Part shown: piece by piece, positions 17,223 to 27,477 of the stretch
Layout of the letters: each line of letters opens with the position of its first letter
Numbering within the stretch: the stretch's first letter is position 1
Source: a virus
Length of the DNA stretch: 64,000 nucleotides
Reading direction: 5' to 3' (one strand)
IMG/VR virus record: IMGVR_UViG_3300009370_002293
Span: 1-64,000 of that record
Position numbers and translations under genes: made by a program
Notes under the pieces: generated by a model
The model's input: the letters and a program-made list of their open reading frames with translations, nothing else
What the model was told of the DNA's origin: nothing
The model's database searches: none

Positions 17223-17263
17223 AAAAACCCAGCACCTCATGTCTAGGAAAGGTGCTGGGTCTT
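17223..17263 (-). terminator. intrinsic terminator after rIIB
   Basis: ACCCAGCACCT..AGGTGCTGGGT followed by a T-tract. Confidence 0.75.
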
Positions 17264-17286
17264 GCCCTTTAACTATGGTATTGATT

Positions 17287-18099
17287 TTATTCTATACCAT
17301 AATCCTCCTTGGCTTGTGCGTATCCCGCATCGTAATCATTTTCATAATCCTCGTAGTAGTCATCATTGTACCCATCGGTCAACGGTGCTTTCTCCAAGGT
17401 TTCATAATGTCCCACTACCTTATACTTGGCAGTCCTCAATTTCTGACACTCACAATCATTAGGAACGCTCACTACGTCAGCAGGGTCAATTTCAACAATC
17501 ATCAAATTGCCGCCGCCTCCAGCCCAACCTTTCGCGTATTCATACGATCCCGCATGAAATCCATGCGAACAACCAATGTTGGCATCATCACAAACAGTAT
17601 TTCTGGTCATTTCCAGAACACTTCCAACCGAATTATCAAATTTACCACTATACTTGTCGGTAAAATCTTCATTCACACCTTTATAGGCAAGAAAATTGCC
17701 TTCGGGAGTGATCGGCATATTCTTATGTTCTAAAAAAGAATAAAGCTCATTTACTGCACGACGAGAAGGGTTTTCCATTAATTTCCCCAAAAATTTCACA
17801 AGAGGCTTAAATGGGTTGCCGTTCCTCATAAATTTAAGGATTTTGTCCACGACCAAATTGTGGACTATCTCTCCTCTAAAGTAGACAACATTATCCTCTA
17901 CCTTGATTTGTGCTTCATCGTCGAAATAATCTTCAACGGCAAGACCAACATCAAACAATTTTGGTAAAAGGTCATATTGATCGTTAGCGAGTGCATCCTT
18001 TGCTTGAAGCCAAGCAGGATGAGAATTGTGCATTGTATGGGCTTTTCCATCAATTACAACGGTTAAGCTATTGTCAGTGAGTATGTACGGTATTTTCAT
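17287..18099 (-). CDS. rIIB: rIIB-like protein
   Basis: NPS..AV.ELY.FL, ITPEG.FLAYK, CS.GFH and DVVSVP.D motifs. Confidence 0.85.
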   Translation of the reverse strand: MKIPYILTDNSLTVVIDGKAHTMHNSHPAWLQAKDALANDQYDLLPKLFDVGLAVEDYFDDEAQIKVEDNVVYFRGEIVHNLVVDKILKFMRNGNPFKPLVKFLGKLMENPSRRAVNELYSFLEHKNMPITPEGNFLAYKGVNEDFTDKYSGKFDNSVGSVLEMTRNTVCDDANIGCSHGFHAGSYEYAKGWAGGGGNLMIVEIDPADVVSVPNDCECQKLRTAKYKVVGHYETLEKAPLTDGYNDDYYEDYENDYDAGYAQAKEDYGIE

Positions 18100-18365
18100 T
18101 TTTTTTTGGTTTATCGTCTATGTTTTAATACTATTCTTTTTTTGTTTTGAGATCAAGTCTTTTTTTTAAAAAAGTTTCTTCTCGTAGAGAAGAAAAATCT
18201 TAATAATCTAAAGGTTTTTGACTTTCATTTTCTACTGACCCCTTTAAATCCTCAATGACCTCTCTTAACATCTGTGCCTGACCCCCATCGTAATCGTCCA
18301 TAACAACCATATCTTGTAATTTTTTTTCGTAAATATGAATTAATTCGTGTTTGTCCATAATAATT

Positions 18366-18641
18366 TTATAGTTTTTGCTCTCCTAAATCTAATTTAATAA
18401 ACGCTGGAGTAAATTCTCCTACATAAGCACCCGCTACGTTAAATTCCATAAATTCTATCGCTTCGCCTTCATCCATATCTTTCATCAGAATGTCGATGCA
18501 AGTATCGTAATTGTAACACGCTTTCGGTGCTGAACCGTAGCTCTCCGCAATTCCAATAAACGCATCCTCAAATCCATCAGCGAGAAGTATCTCTTGATCT
18601 TCATAGCCATGTTCTTCTAAATAAGAGTTAATTCTTTTCAT
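18366..18641 (-). CDS. conserved hypothetical phage protein
   Basis: LLADGFEDAFIG..EFMEFNV.GAYVG..TP. Confidence 0.75.
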   Translation of the reverse strand: MKRINSYLEEHGYEDQEILLADGFEDAFIGIAESYGSAPKACYNYDTCIDILMKDMDEGEAIEFMEFNVAGAYVGEFTPAFIKLDLGEQKL

Positions 18642-18871
18642 AATTATTCCCATACCTCCTCCGCTTCTGGCACTGTATCCCATGCGGAATCTTCTTTGGC
18701 GGCTCTAATTTTTTCGAGGCTATCTCTGATTCCCTCAACAATCCAATTCGCGTTTTCTAATTCTGTTTTCAGTTCCATAATTTTTTAAATAATTATTCTT
18801 TTTTAATTAGCCCAAAATTAATGGGGCGAGTGCCATGACCTACCATGAAACATGACACTCACCCCCTCTAG

Positions 18872-21100
18872 CTAGAGAGAACAAATGTCAACAACATTGA
18901 CGTAATCAATAACCGCCCTTTGCTTATCCACATTATTGCAATAACCCCATCTATCCACGAATAACAACATACTGTATTTTTTGTTCACTTTATGAACAAG
19001 GGAATCAAGATCGTGAGTAGGGGGTACATTGCCAAAGACAGACTGCAATGTATCACCATATACAATAGCAAACGAATCTTGAAGGGAGTCCAACTTTTTA
19101 CCTTTACTATCATTCCCCAGCATTTCAGTAATGGCCCGAAAAAGCATTGAGTAATCTCCGTCTACATTTTTTATCTCGGCACACTGGTTCTTCCACACCC
19201 CAATGTTAACCCAAGGTGCTTGCCTATGATCGCACACATCCAATGCCGCCTTTCTATCATTCAAAGATTGAACAAGGTTATCATTTTCAATTTTTTCCTT
19301 GAAAACCTCTTTGGCCCAATCCCAAAGATTAATCATCTTTTTGTTTTTTTCTACCTTATCCTTCATTTTAGTTTTAAAAGCATAAATTTCGGAAGGAAAC
19401 TTAACTCCAAGAACATTAAACGCTTCAACGATCTCTTTCATCCTAATTGGTGAAAAAGAAGTGTCGTGATCTTTTTCGATAAGAAATTTATCAATAATAA
19501 CATAATAACCCGAATCATTACTAATATCTACTTTCGCGCACTTGTAAAAATCCGAATTAGGTTTTGAACCCCAATAACGACGATCCTCATCAATTACTTC
19601 AAAGTCTAACGTAAAAGCATTCACGCTATGTTTTGGTGAACCAGATATAGACCCTCCAGAAGAAGTGCTAACTGCATAAAAATCACGCAAAGGTTGCTTT
19701 TTTAATTTAGATGCCAACAAAATTTTAGCATCAAAATTTTTATCGGTTGTAAGTTCTTTCTTTTTCTTTTTATTCTTAAAGGTAAATACATAAACTGTCT
19801 TGTCCTCATTAAAGATTAAAGGAAGAACCCTGTTTGCAATGCCCCGTCCTGACGGAAGATCGTTTTCAATAACGACTACACCTTTTGAACAATCAAGGAC
19901 TGCTGTTTGGTGTGGGCTATACCTTTTTGAACCATGCCTACTACTCTTTTTGTAAACCACTAATTTTGAACCTTCTGAACCATCACAATCCGAATAACTC
20001 CAGCTAAATTGACTGCCTTGGATACGAGTACCCTTCCACTCTAAATCTTTATCCAAGATATGCCTAAAGTCATAAAGACCACTTTCCCAATCTAAAATAG
20101 TGCCATACAAACATTTGGCATCAAAGAGTGTTTTACAATTTTTAAATTCTTTTTTTGCAGTCGCTACAATTTCTTTTTGCAAAACCTTGAGACGTTTAAC
20201 TATCGTCTTTCTGGTTCCATCCGTAAATTGAAGTTTTTCTCGACTAGCAGAAATCTCTAATTCTCCAATGTCAAAAGTCATTACAAGATTACCAGACACT
20301 AAAGAATTGAGAGTTTGGTCATCGTCCGATAACGCAAGATCATAAGACTCTACTGGATAAGCAATGTTACCCATTACGGCAATGGCATTTCCAGATGCGC
20401 CCCAACGATTATCACTCTCATGTCTAAACCACTTCCATCCTGTACCCTCAAAGAGAAGGCTTCTTTCTTTATACTCGAAAGGAGTAACCCCTTTTATCAG
20501 AGGTTGCACGGGAAAGTATTTGAATAAATCTTTAGCTTTACTTACAAACTCATCAAAATCGTCCTCTTGAACAGGTACAACAATTTCAATGCCGTTTTCT
20601 TCATTAGAATCCACAACCTCCAACTTGGAAATTTGACCAATTTGAGAGGGGTCTATAAAAGCATTATAGGTATGCTTTTTGCCGTTCAGATAAGAATTAA
20701 TTACAAAATTATCACCATAAGCGAATGCTGCTTTAGAACCAATTCCAAGCATACCAATCTGGTCGTTCGTATTTCTTTTGGTTGATTCCCCATAAAAGGC
20801 ATAAATATCCTTAATCTCATTGTCGCTCAAGGCATCTCCGAAATCACGAACTTTAAAATAAGGATTCAACAACGAAGGAAGCGTTACTTGAATAGGGGTA
20901 TCCCTTTTCTCTGCCGCAACCATTGCGTCTACGGCATTACAGGTATATTCCCGAATAACTGCGAGTATCTTGTCGGAATACAACTGATTACGCAATACAT
21001 TAAAGATATGGGCAAATCCGCTCTCTTTGATTCCAAATGAAACGGAACTCTTGATACCGTTTGTTTCCAATGTCTGATTGCTGGTAGGCTTTAACTTCAT
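18872..21100 (-). CDS. rIIA: rIIA-like protein (N-terminal GHKL ATPase)
   Basis: LYSDK..AVIREY.CNAVDA, VRDFG, GIGSK, ISASREKL. Confidence 0.85.
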   Translation of the reverse strand: MKLKPTSNQTLETNGIKSSVSFGIKESGFAHIFNVLRNQLYSDKILAVIREYTCNAVDAMVAAEKRDTPIQVTLPSLLNPYFKVRDFGDALSDNEIKDIYAFYGESTKRNTNDQIGMLGIGSKAAFAYGDNFVINSYLNGKKHTYNAFIDPSQIGQISKLEVVDSNEENGIEIVVPVQEDDFDEFVSKAKDLFKYFPVQPLIKGVTPFEYKERSLLFEGTGWKWFRHESDNRWGASGNAIAVMGNIAYPVESYDLALSDDDQTLNSLVSGNLVMTFDIGELEISASREKLQFTDGTRKTIVKRLKVLQKEIVATAKKEFKNCKTLFDAKCLYGTILDWESGLYDFRHILDKDLEWKGTRIQGSQFSWSYSDCDGSEGSKLVVYKKSSRHGSKRYSPHQTAVLDCSKGVVVIENDLPSGRGIANRVLPLIFNEDKTVYVFTFKNKKKKKELTTDKNFDAKILLASKLKKQPLRDFYAVSTSSGGSISGSPKHSVNAFTLDFEVIDEDRRYWGSKPNSDFYKCAKVDISNDSGYYVIIDKFLIEKDHDTSFSPIRMKEIVEAFNVLGVKFPSEIYAFKTKMKDKVEKNKKMINLWDWAKEVFKEKIENDNLVQSLNDRKAALDVCDHRQAPWVNIGVWKNQCAEIKNVDGDYSMLFRAITEMLGNDSKGKKLDSLQDSFAIVYGDTLQSVFGNVPPTHDLDSLVHKVNKKYSMLLFVDRWGYCNNVDKQRAVIDYVNVVDICSL

Positions 21101-21135
21101 GTCCTCAAGGTACAGGCTTTTTTAAACTGGGTCAA

Positions 21136-21588
21136 CTACTTTTTTAAGTTTTTTTTCTCCTTTAAAACATGAGAGTATAAATTCTTCAAAAACCCTTGAT
21201 ATTCAGCCCATGTATAATGTTTCCACCCCTTGTCTTTAGAAAGGTTATACACCGCAAGTGTGCTTACCTCCCTATTAAATAAAATAATAAATACACTTAC
21301 ATTTAATTGTTTTGCCAAAGATGTGATAAATTTACCTTGGGTTTCTTTTTTGAACCTTTCTGTAATTGCGTTAAGATAATTAATTGGATATTCTTTTTTA
21401 TTTTTATTTAATTCACCCAAGGTCAACTCCATAAGCGCAATAGGAACTACTTCATTATCAATAATAGTATATTCCACATGGTCTATATCTTGAACCGCAC
21501 CAAATTTAGGAGTCATTTTGTGCCATCGAGCATCCCTGTATGGTTTTGCTCTGTCCTCGGTATCTTTTCTATTACGCTCTTTTGCCAT
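21136..21588 (-). CDS. hypothetical protein, possible PD-(D/E)xK fold
   Basis: DIDHVEY..ALMEL..Q pattern. Confidence 0.55.
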   Translation of the reverse strand: MAKERNRKDTEDRAKPYRDARWHKMTPKFGAVQDIDHVEYTIIDNEVVPIALMELTLGELNKNKKEYPINYLNAITERFKKETQGKFITSLAKQLNVSVFIILFNREVSTLAVYNLSKDKGWKHYTWAEYQGFLKNLYSHVLKEKKNLKK

Positions 21589-21624
21589 CTTATATCTTAT
21601 TTGGCGAATTTCTATTCTTAATTA

Positions 21625-21701
<77 letters not shown>

Positions 21702-21705
21702 AAAT

Positions 21706-21792
21706 TGGTAGGGAAAGCGGGACTTGAACCCGCACGAACTAATGTTCGACAGATTTTAAGTCTGTTGTGTCTGCCAATTCCACCATTTCCCC
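21706..21792 (-). tRNA. tRNA-Leu(UAA)
   Basis: cloverleaf with long variable arm, ACAGA-CTTAAAA-TCTGT, encoded CCA. Confidence 0.95.
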
Positions 21793-21867
21793 AGTTGGGC
21801 TTATTAAAGAGTTTTTTTTGAATTAAAACAAGTAAATTATTTGGCAATTTTTTATTAGTAAATAAGG

Positions 21868-22782
21868 TTAATTTATTTTCATCTCTTTATTTACCATACG
21901 CTTGAGCTTTCTCATGGCTATTAATTCAATTTGTCTAATACGCTCTCGCGTAATACCAAATTTTTTTCCTATCACTTCCAGTGTTTGGGGTTTTCGTTCG
22001 TTAAAACCAAACCTTTTTTTAATAATATATTTTTCCCTGTATGTTAGCTTATCTAAACACTTATTTAGTATTGCATTGTTATTAAGTAATTCTGTTGCGG
22101 CTGACGGATCAAGATTTAGTGGATCAAAAATTTGATCTCCAACCTCCGAATCACCATCATCACCATTAAAAGAATCCTTTTTTAAAGGATTATTAAGAGA
22201 TAATATATTAAGAGAGGATTCTTGGAGTAAAAGTACCCTCTCTAGTGAAAGGTTAAATTTTTTAGCTATCTCTTTATTTGTGGGTTTTCTGTTATTTTCC
22301 TCCTCAAATTTATTAATATATTTTAAAATCTTTAATTTTTGTTGAACTGCACCGGCTGGCAACCTAATTGTTCTACCAGTATTTGCTAATGCCCTCATTA
22401 TGGATTGCTTGATCCAAAATCCAGCGTAATGGGAGAGTTTTGCCCCTTTGTCTAATTTAAATTTATCAACCGCTTTTATTAAACCAATGTTACCCTCGTT
22501 TATTAAGTCGGATAAATCCAAACCTAGCATTTTGTAATCGTTGGCTATTTTAATCACCAAGCGAAGGTTTGATTTTATTAAAATATCACGAGCTATTTTA
22601 GCTTTATTTCGCACCGAACCACCACAATTAGATTTATTATATGACCATTTATGTAAGGTTTTAAATAGGTCTATTTCTTCTTTACGGGATAAAAGTTTAT
22701 ATTTGCCCGCTTCTTGGTAATAAAGATTTAGTACGTCCTCTGAATTTGAGGGGGAGTAGACTTGTGTAGTTGAAGTATCCAT
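21868..22782 (-). CDS. sigma70-family RNA polymerase sigma factor (RpoD/RpoS-like)
   Basis: NLRLVIKIA, DLINEGNIGLIKAVDKF, WIKQSI, TLEVIG..ITRERIRQIE. Confidence 0.95.
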   Translation of the reverse strand: MDTSTTQVYSPSNSEDVLNLYYQEAGKYKLLSRKEEIDLFKTLHKWSYNKSNCGGSVRNKAKIARDILIKSNLRLVIKIANDYKMLGLDLSDLINEGNIGLIKAVDKFKLDKGAKLSHYAGFWIKQSIMRALANTGRTIRLPAGAVQQKLKILKYINKFEEENNRKPTNKEIAKKFNLSLERVLLLQESSLNILSLNNPLKKDSFNGDDGDSEVGDQIFDPLNLDPSAATELLNNNAILNKCLDKLTYREKYIIKKRFGFNERKPQTLEVIGKKFGITRERIRQIELIAMRKLKRMVNKEMKIN

Positions 22783-22784
22783 GT

Positions 22785-23108
22785 TTAAAAAAACTCGTCG
22801 AGAGGAAATCCTCCCTCATTTTCATCCAATTCAGACGGAAAAAAATCACAATCATATTCATTTTTTCCGTGTTTTACAATTAATTTAATAGGTTCTGTTA
22901 GGCTATTATTATTTTTTGCTACCTCGTATAAAATACACTCATTACAATATATTTTACTACGAGTTTTTGGGGCTTTATATTTAAAATAAATTAATTTTTT
23001 ATTCTTAAAAAGAATGTCGTATTCAGAAGGGCGGTACATTAACCCACACCTCCCGCACTTTATAGCGCGTTTACGGCTGGATGGGTTTAATATATTTATA
23101 GAAGCCAT
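22785..23108 (-). CDS. hypothetical protein, possible Zn ribbon
   Basis: CGRC..CNEC. Confidence 0.65.
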   Translation of the reverse strand: MASINILNPSSRKRAIKCGRCGLMYRPSEYDILFKNKKLIYFKYKAPKTRSKIYCNECILYEVAKNNNSLTEPIKLIVKHGKNEYDCDFFPSELDENEGGFPLDEFF

Positions 23109-24143
23109 TTAAATTTTAGATTTAATATAATTACTTATCCATTCGGGGTTAAAGTAAGTGTCTACAATTTTATTTTGTTGTTCTAATGCTTTGTCGTATA
23201 AATTATTATTATTTTTTAATTGTTCGTGTTTTGATAAAAATTCTTCAACGCTATAAAATATAGTATTTTCGTCAAACTTTTCATCAAAAGGAAAATTAAC
23301 GTGCATTAATTGTTGCATCATTAAAACTCCAGCAGAAAGTCCTTCAAAAAAAACCTTACACAAATGACCGCTCCCATTTAAATGTAGTGCAAACTTACCC
23401 TCTTTAAAAACATTACTAAACATTTCGGTGGGAACACCGCTCACAGGCAAAACTATTTCTTCTTTTTTTTCATTATAAATTTCTATGACTTTTTTCATAA
23501 AATCATATCTATTACACAACCTGAATACATCATCATGTTTTCCTCTAAAAATTACATGAGAACCCCACACGCAATAATTTGAACGCTTATGAAGGTCAAT
23601 GGGGCAAACTCTTTCTTTATAGAGTAACCAAGTGGGGTCTATTTCTCCAAAAACAACAAACGGAAACGGGTAAACATTATCGGCGTAATCAAATGAACAA
23701 GTAAACCTATGTTCTCTTTTAAAAACGGCATCTATATTTAGATTGTAATCATTAGTAAATACGTCAATACCCCGTGAACACAAGGGGAAATCCGAATAAT
23801 CAATTATAATTATTTTTTTAAAATTAATGTGGGAAAGCCGCGAAAGAATTTCCCCCCATTTATCATGTGAAAAACTATCTGTAATTGGGTCGCTACCACC
23901 CCATTCTGATGATAAGTCTTGGTTTACAAAGGGCAAATCCATTATCAGACATAAAATATCATATTTTTTTGACGTTTTATTAATGGGGCAAATGTCAATC
24001 CCATAACGCTGCTTAAAAAAGGCTTCATCCTGAAAAGTGCCGCTCCCCCATAAGGAGGGGGCAGCGACATAATCCCCTTTTTCAAAAAGGAGTGTTGCAG
24101 AAGGAAAATTCTGCAAGGGGTCAACAATTAAGGCTGTAGACAT
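23109..24143 (-). CDS. putative glycosyltransferase
   Basis: FKRE, FALHLNG.G..C..FFEGLSAG C-terminal GT-B-like motif. Confidence 0.55.
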   Translation of the reverse strand: MSTALIVDPLQNFPSATLLFEKGDYVAAPSLWGSGTFQDEAFFKQRYGIDICPINKTSKKYDILCLIMDLPFVNQDLSSEWGGSDPITDSFSHDKWGEILSRLSHINFKKIIIIDYSDFPLCSRGIDVFTNDYNLNIDAVFKREHRFTCSFDYADNVYPFPFVVFGEIDPTWLLYKERVCPIDLHKRSNYCVWGSHVIFRGKHDDVFRLCNRYDFMKKVIEIYNEKKEEIVLPVSGVPTEMFSNVFKEGKFALHLNGSGHLCKVFFEGLSAGVLMMQQLMHVNFPFDEKFDENTIFYSVEEFLSKHEQLKNNNNLYDKALEQQNKIVDTYFNPEWISNYIKSKI

Positions 24144-24379
24144 TAAGCCTCTGGAGGGGCGAGATACGACTGCATTTCTGCTTGACGTTGCTCTTGTTCA
24201 CGTTGATGCTTCTCCATAGCTTCTTGTTGGGCCTTTTGATGCTTAATAATTTCAGCCTTAACTTCCGATGCCTTGTCTAATAAAAAAGCCTTGTCCGACT
24301 TGGATAAAGCCTTCACCTCTGACCACGGCATTTGAAGTACCGACATCAATTCCCAGTTTTCTTCTTGGATTTTACTCAT
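24143..24379 (-). CDS. hypothetical coiled-coil protein
   Basis: ORF. Confidence 0.7.
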   Translation of the reverse strand: MSKIQEENWELMSVLQMPWSEVKALSKSDKAFLLDKASEVKAEIIKHQKAQQEAMEKHQREQEQRQAEMQSYLAPPEA

Positions 24380-24764
24380 AATTTTTATTTTTTAATTTTC
24401 CCCAAAACCACATACTCAACAAACTTTTTTCCTCTTGTTCGAGTTTTTCTTTAAGAGAGGACGGCTGCTTAATAGCAGGAGTATCATTTTTTTTTAAATA
24501 AAAAACTGTAAACTCACTTCCATCAATGGTCTTTATTTGGCGTTTTTTCATTAGTATTTAATGATGTTGGACGTTGGACGGTTAGTTTAAGCGCACGACT
24601 ACGATCAATGCCGAGTTCTGGAACCAGACTCCCAAGATCGCCCCCAACACCTACGGCTCCACCATGTAGCCATGTACGGCGTTGATGACGCCCCTCTTGA
24701 ATCCATTTGGCCTTTTTTCTGATTCCTTTTTTTCTTTTTTTATTTTTTTGTTTCATAAATTAAA

Positions 24765-24862
24765 TGAGCGAGTCACGGCGCAGAGTCCGACTAGGCGAAA
24801 CGGTTCCGATGAAGCAACCACACCCGACGGCGAATAATCGCTAAACTCATCGCTATCGCTCA
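24765..24862 (-). ncRNA. candidate structured ncRNA (~98 nt)
   Basis: UGAGCGA/UCGCUCA closing stem with nested GAGUUU/GGACUC, GCGA/UCGC and GGUU/AACC stems; GC-rich island. Confidence 0.5.
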
Positions 24863-24875
24863 AATTTTAAATTAA

Positions 24876-25041
24876 TGGGTAGGAGGATTCTCATTTACCT
24901 CCATCGTTTTGGGGTCACAGCTTGAGTTTTCAAGTCAAAACCCTACTTTGAGCCAACCCTCATCGGCCCCCAGACTTGGTGAGTCCTGCCAACGAGCATT
25001 GCACGTTAACTGCCGCGACAGCAGCTTATTCCGTCATACCC
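24876..25041 (-). ncRNA. manA-like structured RNA
   Basis: GGGUA/UACCC closing stem, UGACGGAAUAAGC 5' motif, GGAGG-UAAAUGAGAAU-CCUCC 3' hairpin; recalled similarity to the manA motif. Confidence 0.55.
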
Positions 25042-25083
25042 TTTGCCACTCCGTCGAACAGCAAAATTATTTTAAAGAACAAA

Positions 25084-25266
25084 TTAAGAGCCTGTAAGCT
25101 CCGTCACATGAGACATTAGCTCCTCGTGACTATAAGAAGTAGATTCTTCTTGTCTGCTTTTAAGGGCGGTATAACTACCGTCTTTATTTGCAGTATAAAC
25201 ATGAGACGCTTTCCGCGCAACTCTATCATCTACTTGCTTATTTGGATTATTATTAATTACAATCAT
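25084..25266 (-). CDS. hypothetical protein
   Basis: ORF. Confidence 0.55.
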   Translation of the reverse strand: MIVINNNPNKQVDDRVARKASHVYTANKDGSYTALKSRQEESTSYSHEELMSHVTELTGS

Positions 25267-25283
25267 TTTATTTCCGTTTATAT

Positions 25284-25634
25284 TTAAAGAACAAAAATTT
25301 TATTTCCTTCTAGGAAAAGTTTCGTGGAATAGCCTTTAACCGGCTTTTTAGTTTTAATATCAACAAGCTCTGTCACCCCTTGACTAGAGGAAACCAATTC
25401 TACTTGTTGTTTCCACTTTGGTCTTGGAGCTTTCTTTCTCTCCAAATTATTAACTTCGTCTAAATCTACGGCTCCTTTGAGCCAGCCACCCTTTTCAATA
25501 CGTTCAAGCGTCATGCTGAAAGCGTGACTCTTCTTCAGCCTTGGTTTACCTCTCCCACGAAAACTCTCTTTGAAGCCCTTTATTTGAATGGACTTTTTCT
25601 GCGGGATATATTTTGCTATTACGTTCATTAACAA
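25284..25634 (-). CDS. hypothetical protein
   Basis: ORF. Confidence 0.65.
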   Translation of the reverse strand: MLMNVIAKYIPQKKSIQIKGFKESFRGRGKPRLKKSHAFSMTLERIEKGGWLKGAVDLDEVNNLERKKAPRPKWKQQVELVSSSQGVTELVDIKTKKPVKGYSTKLFLEGNKIFVL

Positions 25635-25813
25635 TACTCTTTGGGATAATCAGAGGGCTGCGGATAATTTTTTCTGGCTAAAACATCTTGGATATACAGT
25701 AAATGATTAGTGTCAGGTAAAACTTCGGGGTGTTTAGGGAGGCCACCCTCTTTATTTGGGCTTGAGCAACCCGCAAATAACAAAAAAACAATCGTTAAAT
25801 ATGTTAATCTCAT
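25628..25813 (-). CDS. putative lipoprotein
   Basis: hydrophobic N-terminus plus FAGC lipobox. Confidence 0.55.
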   Translation of the reverse strand: MRLTYLTIVFLLFAGCSSPNKEGGLPKHPEVLPDTNHLLYIQDVLARKNYPQPSDYPKEYC

Positions 25814-25855
25814 TTGCTTATGATAGAAAAATTTTTAAACAGAGTCAATCTTTTT

Positions 25856-26143
25856 TTACTTTTTTTCCGAAATTATTTTACCAAGATGCTCGATATATTC
25901 AACGAGAGAAAAGTTTTCCCTCTGCATATGAAGTAAATCATTTTTTAATTCTTGATTTTCTTTAATTAAATTATTAATTTTAACAGTAGATTTAGTTACA
26001 GACTTATTATTAAGTTCGATACTTTGATAAATATATTTATCTATGGAATAATTATAATACATCTGAAAGACACAAAGGCAGCTTATAGCCGCAAACACAG
26101 ACCATAAAACCCTTTGTTTAAAATTATATTTTTTTATTTCCAT
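25856..26143 (-). CDS. membrane-anchored coiled-coil protein
   Basis: N-terminal TM segment. Confidence 0.6.
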   Translation of the reverse strand: MEIKKYNFKQRVLWSVFAAISCLCVFQMYYNYSIDKYIYQSIELNNKSVTKSTVKINNLIKENQELKNDLLHMQRENFSLVEYIEHLGKIISEKK

Positions 26144-26802
26144 TCTAATGCCTCGCTTATTGTTGGAAATTGACTAATAAAAACATCTTTAATGGCTAAC
26201 GCCACCTGACGATGCTCTTTTTGAGTGTTTTCTTCGGTTCTTAAATCAATGTAATGAATCCAGCTTCTAACAGAGCCATTCATATACATGGTAGTCTGCG
26301 TTCCTAGTGGCAAAACCATACGCGCACACTCCTTTGCTACACCCCCTTCAATTAATTGATTATACACCTGAAGGGAAGATTGCATCATGGTATTGATTAA
26401 GCTATTAGGGATATCTTCGGTAAGAACCTCTGAACTGCTTTGTCTATTTGTTTCAGCAGGAATACGCAGTTCTACTGGCTCCAATTCGGTGGCTTCACTA
26501 TAACGCTGGCTAAACTCCTGAAAACTAAAACTTCTATGTCGTAATATTTGGGCGGCGATTGCACGACTAGTCTTTATTTCCACACACATATTTACCAACT
26601 CAAATGGCGACCAATGTTTGTGTTTAATTAAAAATTTAATTAATTTAGGCGCAGTTGCCGTGTTCATTTGATTTTTAGGATTTGAAACCCTAGCGCAAAA
26701 GGCTATCAAATCTTCTGCGGTCATAGGAGAAGCCCCTGTTGCTGTACTAACTTTAGGTTCTGTAACTGATACTAATGCAATATTCATATCTATTATTGGC
26801 AA
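26134..26802 (-). CDS. thyX: FAD-dependent thymidylate synthase
   Basis: HWSPFE, RHRSFSFQEFSQRY, ECARMVLP, TQKEHR. Confidence 0.97.
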   Translation of the reverse strand: MPIIDMNIALVSVTEPKVSTATGASPMTAEDLIAFCARVSNPKNQMNTATAPKLIKFLIKHKHWSPFELVNMCVEIKTSRAIAAQILRHRSFSFQEFSQRYSEATELEPVELRIPAETNRQSSSEVLTEDIPNSLINTMMQSSLQVYNQLIEGGVAKECARMVLPLGTQTTMYMNGSVRSWIHYIDLRTEENTQKEHRQVALAIKDVFISQFPTISEALEWK

Positions 26803-26924
26803 ACCACCCTTTTTCGTGGGCCACCTTGACCGCGATATTTTTTCATGCCCTTACTATTACGCCCACATCCTTGGCGCGTTTTTTTACGTCTCTTTTTAGG
26901 AGAACTTATTTTTGTATATTTCAT
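26793..26924 (-). CDS. small basic protein with KKYRGQG motif
   Basis: KKTRQGCG..KKYRGQG. Confidence 0.55.
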   Translation of the reverse strand: MKYTKISSPKKRRKKTRQGCGRNSKGMKKYRGQGGPRKRVVCQ

Positions 26925-26925
26925 A

Positions 26926-27477
26926 TTATGCAAAATTTCTCTTATAAGGAAGGTCTGCCGTCCATTCAATTTGGCGACCTGTATCTCCATTAAACCAATA
27001 ATGGGCTACTTTTATTTCTCTTTCTTTATAAATCTCCTCTACCGTATCTGCAACTTCAAGCTGTTCAACCTCTCTCTTAACGTAATAGATGTCATAAATA
27101 GAATCTATAAGATTAGTATCATCTTTAGCTCTAACGTGCATCTCAACAAAGTCTTGAGCCTCTTCAAGAAAAACAAAATGTAATTTACCTTGATCCATCC
27201 AACCGCAGTAAGGCGACCCATCTTCCTCTTCAAAAGTCATATACTCTCTTTCGGAGGCAAAGCTACCTCTAATGTTTTCGCTAAATGTCCACTCGCCTTG
27301 GCCTCTTTCATAACAATAAACTCTATAGTCCCAATTATAACCCGCCTCTCCAGTTTCCCCTTCGTGACCTTTTGGGTCAGTCTCATTGTTATCTTTTTCC
27401 TCGTATTTACAAGTAACTGTCCAAGTGGTCAGCGCACCCATAACCGATGCTTTTTTTATAAAATCTCTTCTATTCAT
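26926..27477 (-). CDS. protein with twin-arginine (Tat)-like signal
   Basis: N-terminus MNRRDFIKKASVMGA. Confidence 0.6.
   Translation of the reverse strand: MNRRDFIKKASVMGALTTWTVTCKYEEKDNNETDPKGHEGETGEAGYNWDYRVYCYERGQGEWTFSENIRGSFASEREYMTFEEEDGSPYCGWMDQGKLHFVFLEEAQDFVEMHVRAKDDTNLIDSIYDIYYVKREVEQLEVADTVEEIYKEREIKVAHYWFNGDTGRQIEWTADLPYKRNFA

Noticed and set aside
24523-24756. 77-aa basic ORF next to the ncRNA cluster
   Set aside because: Could be a protein or another structured RNA; I could not support either call.
24876-25041. tmRNA
   Set aside because: Too short, with no canonical TTC-RA T-loop, G3-U acceptor signature or tag reading frame.
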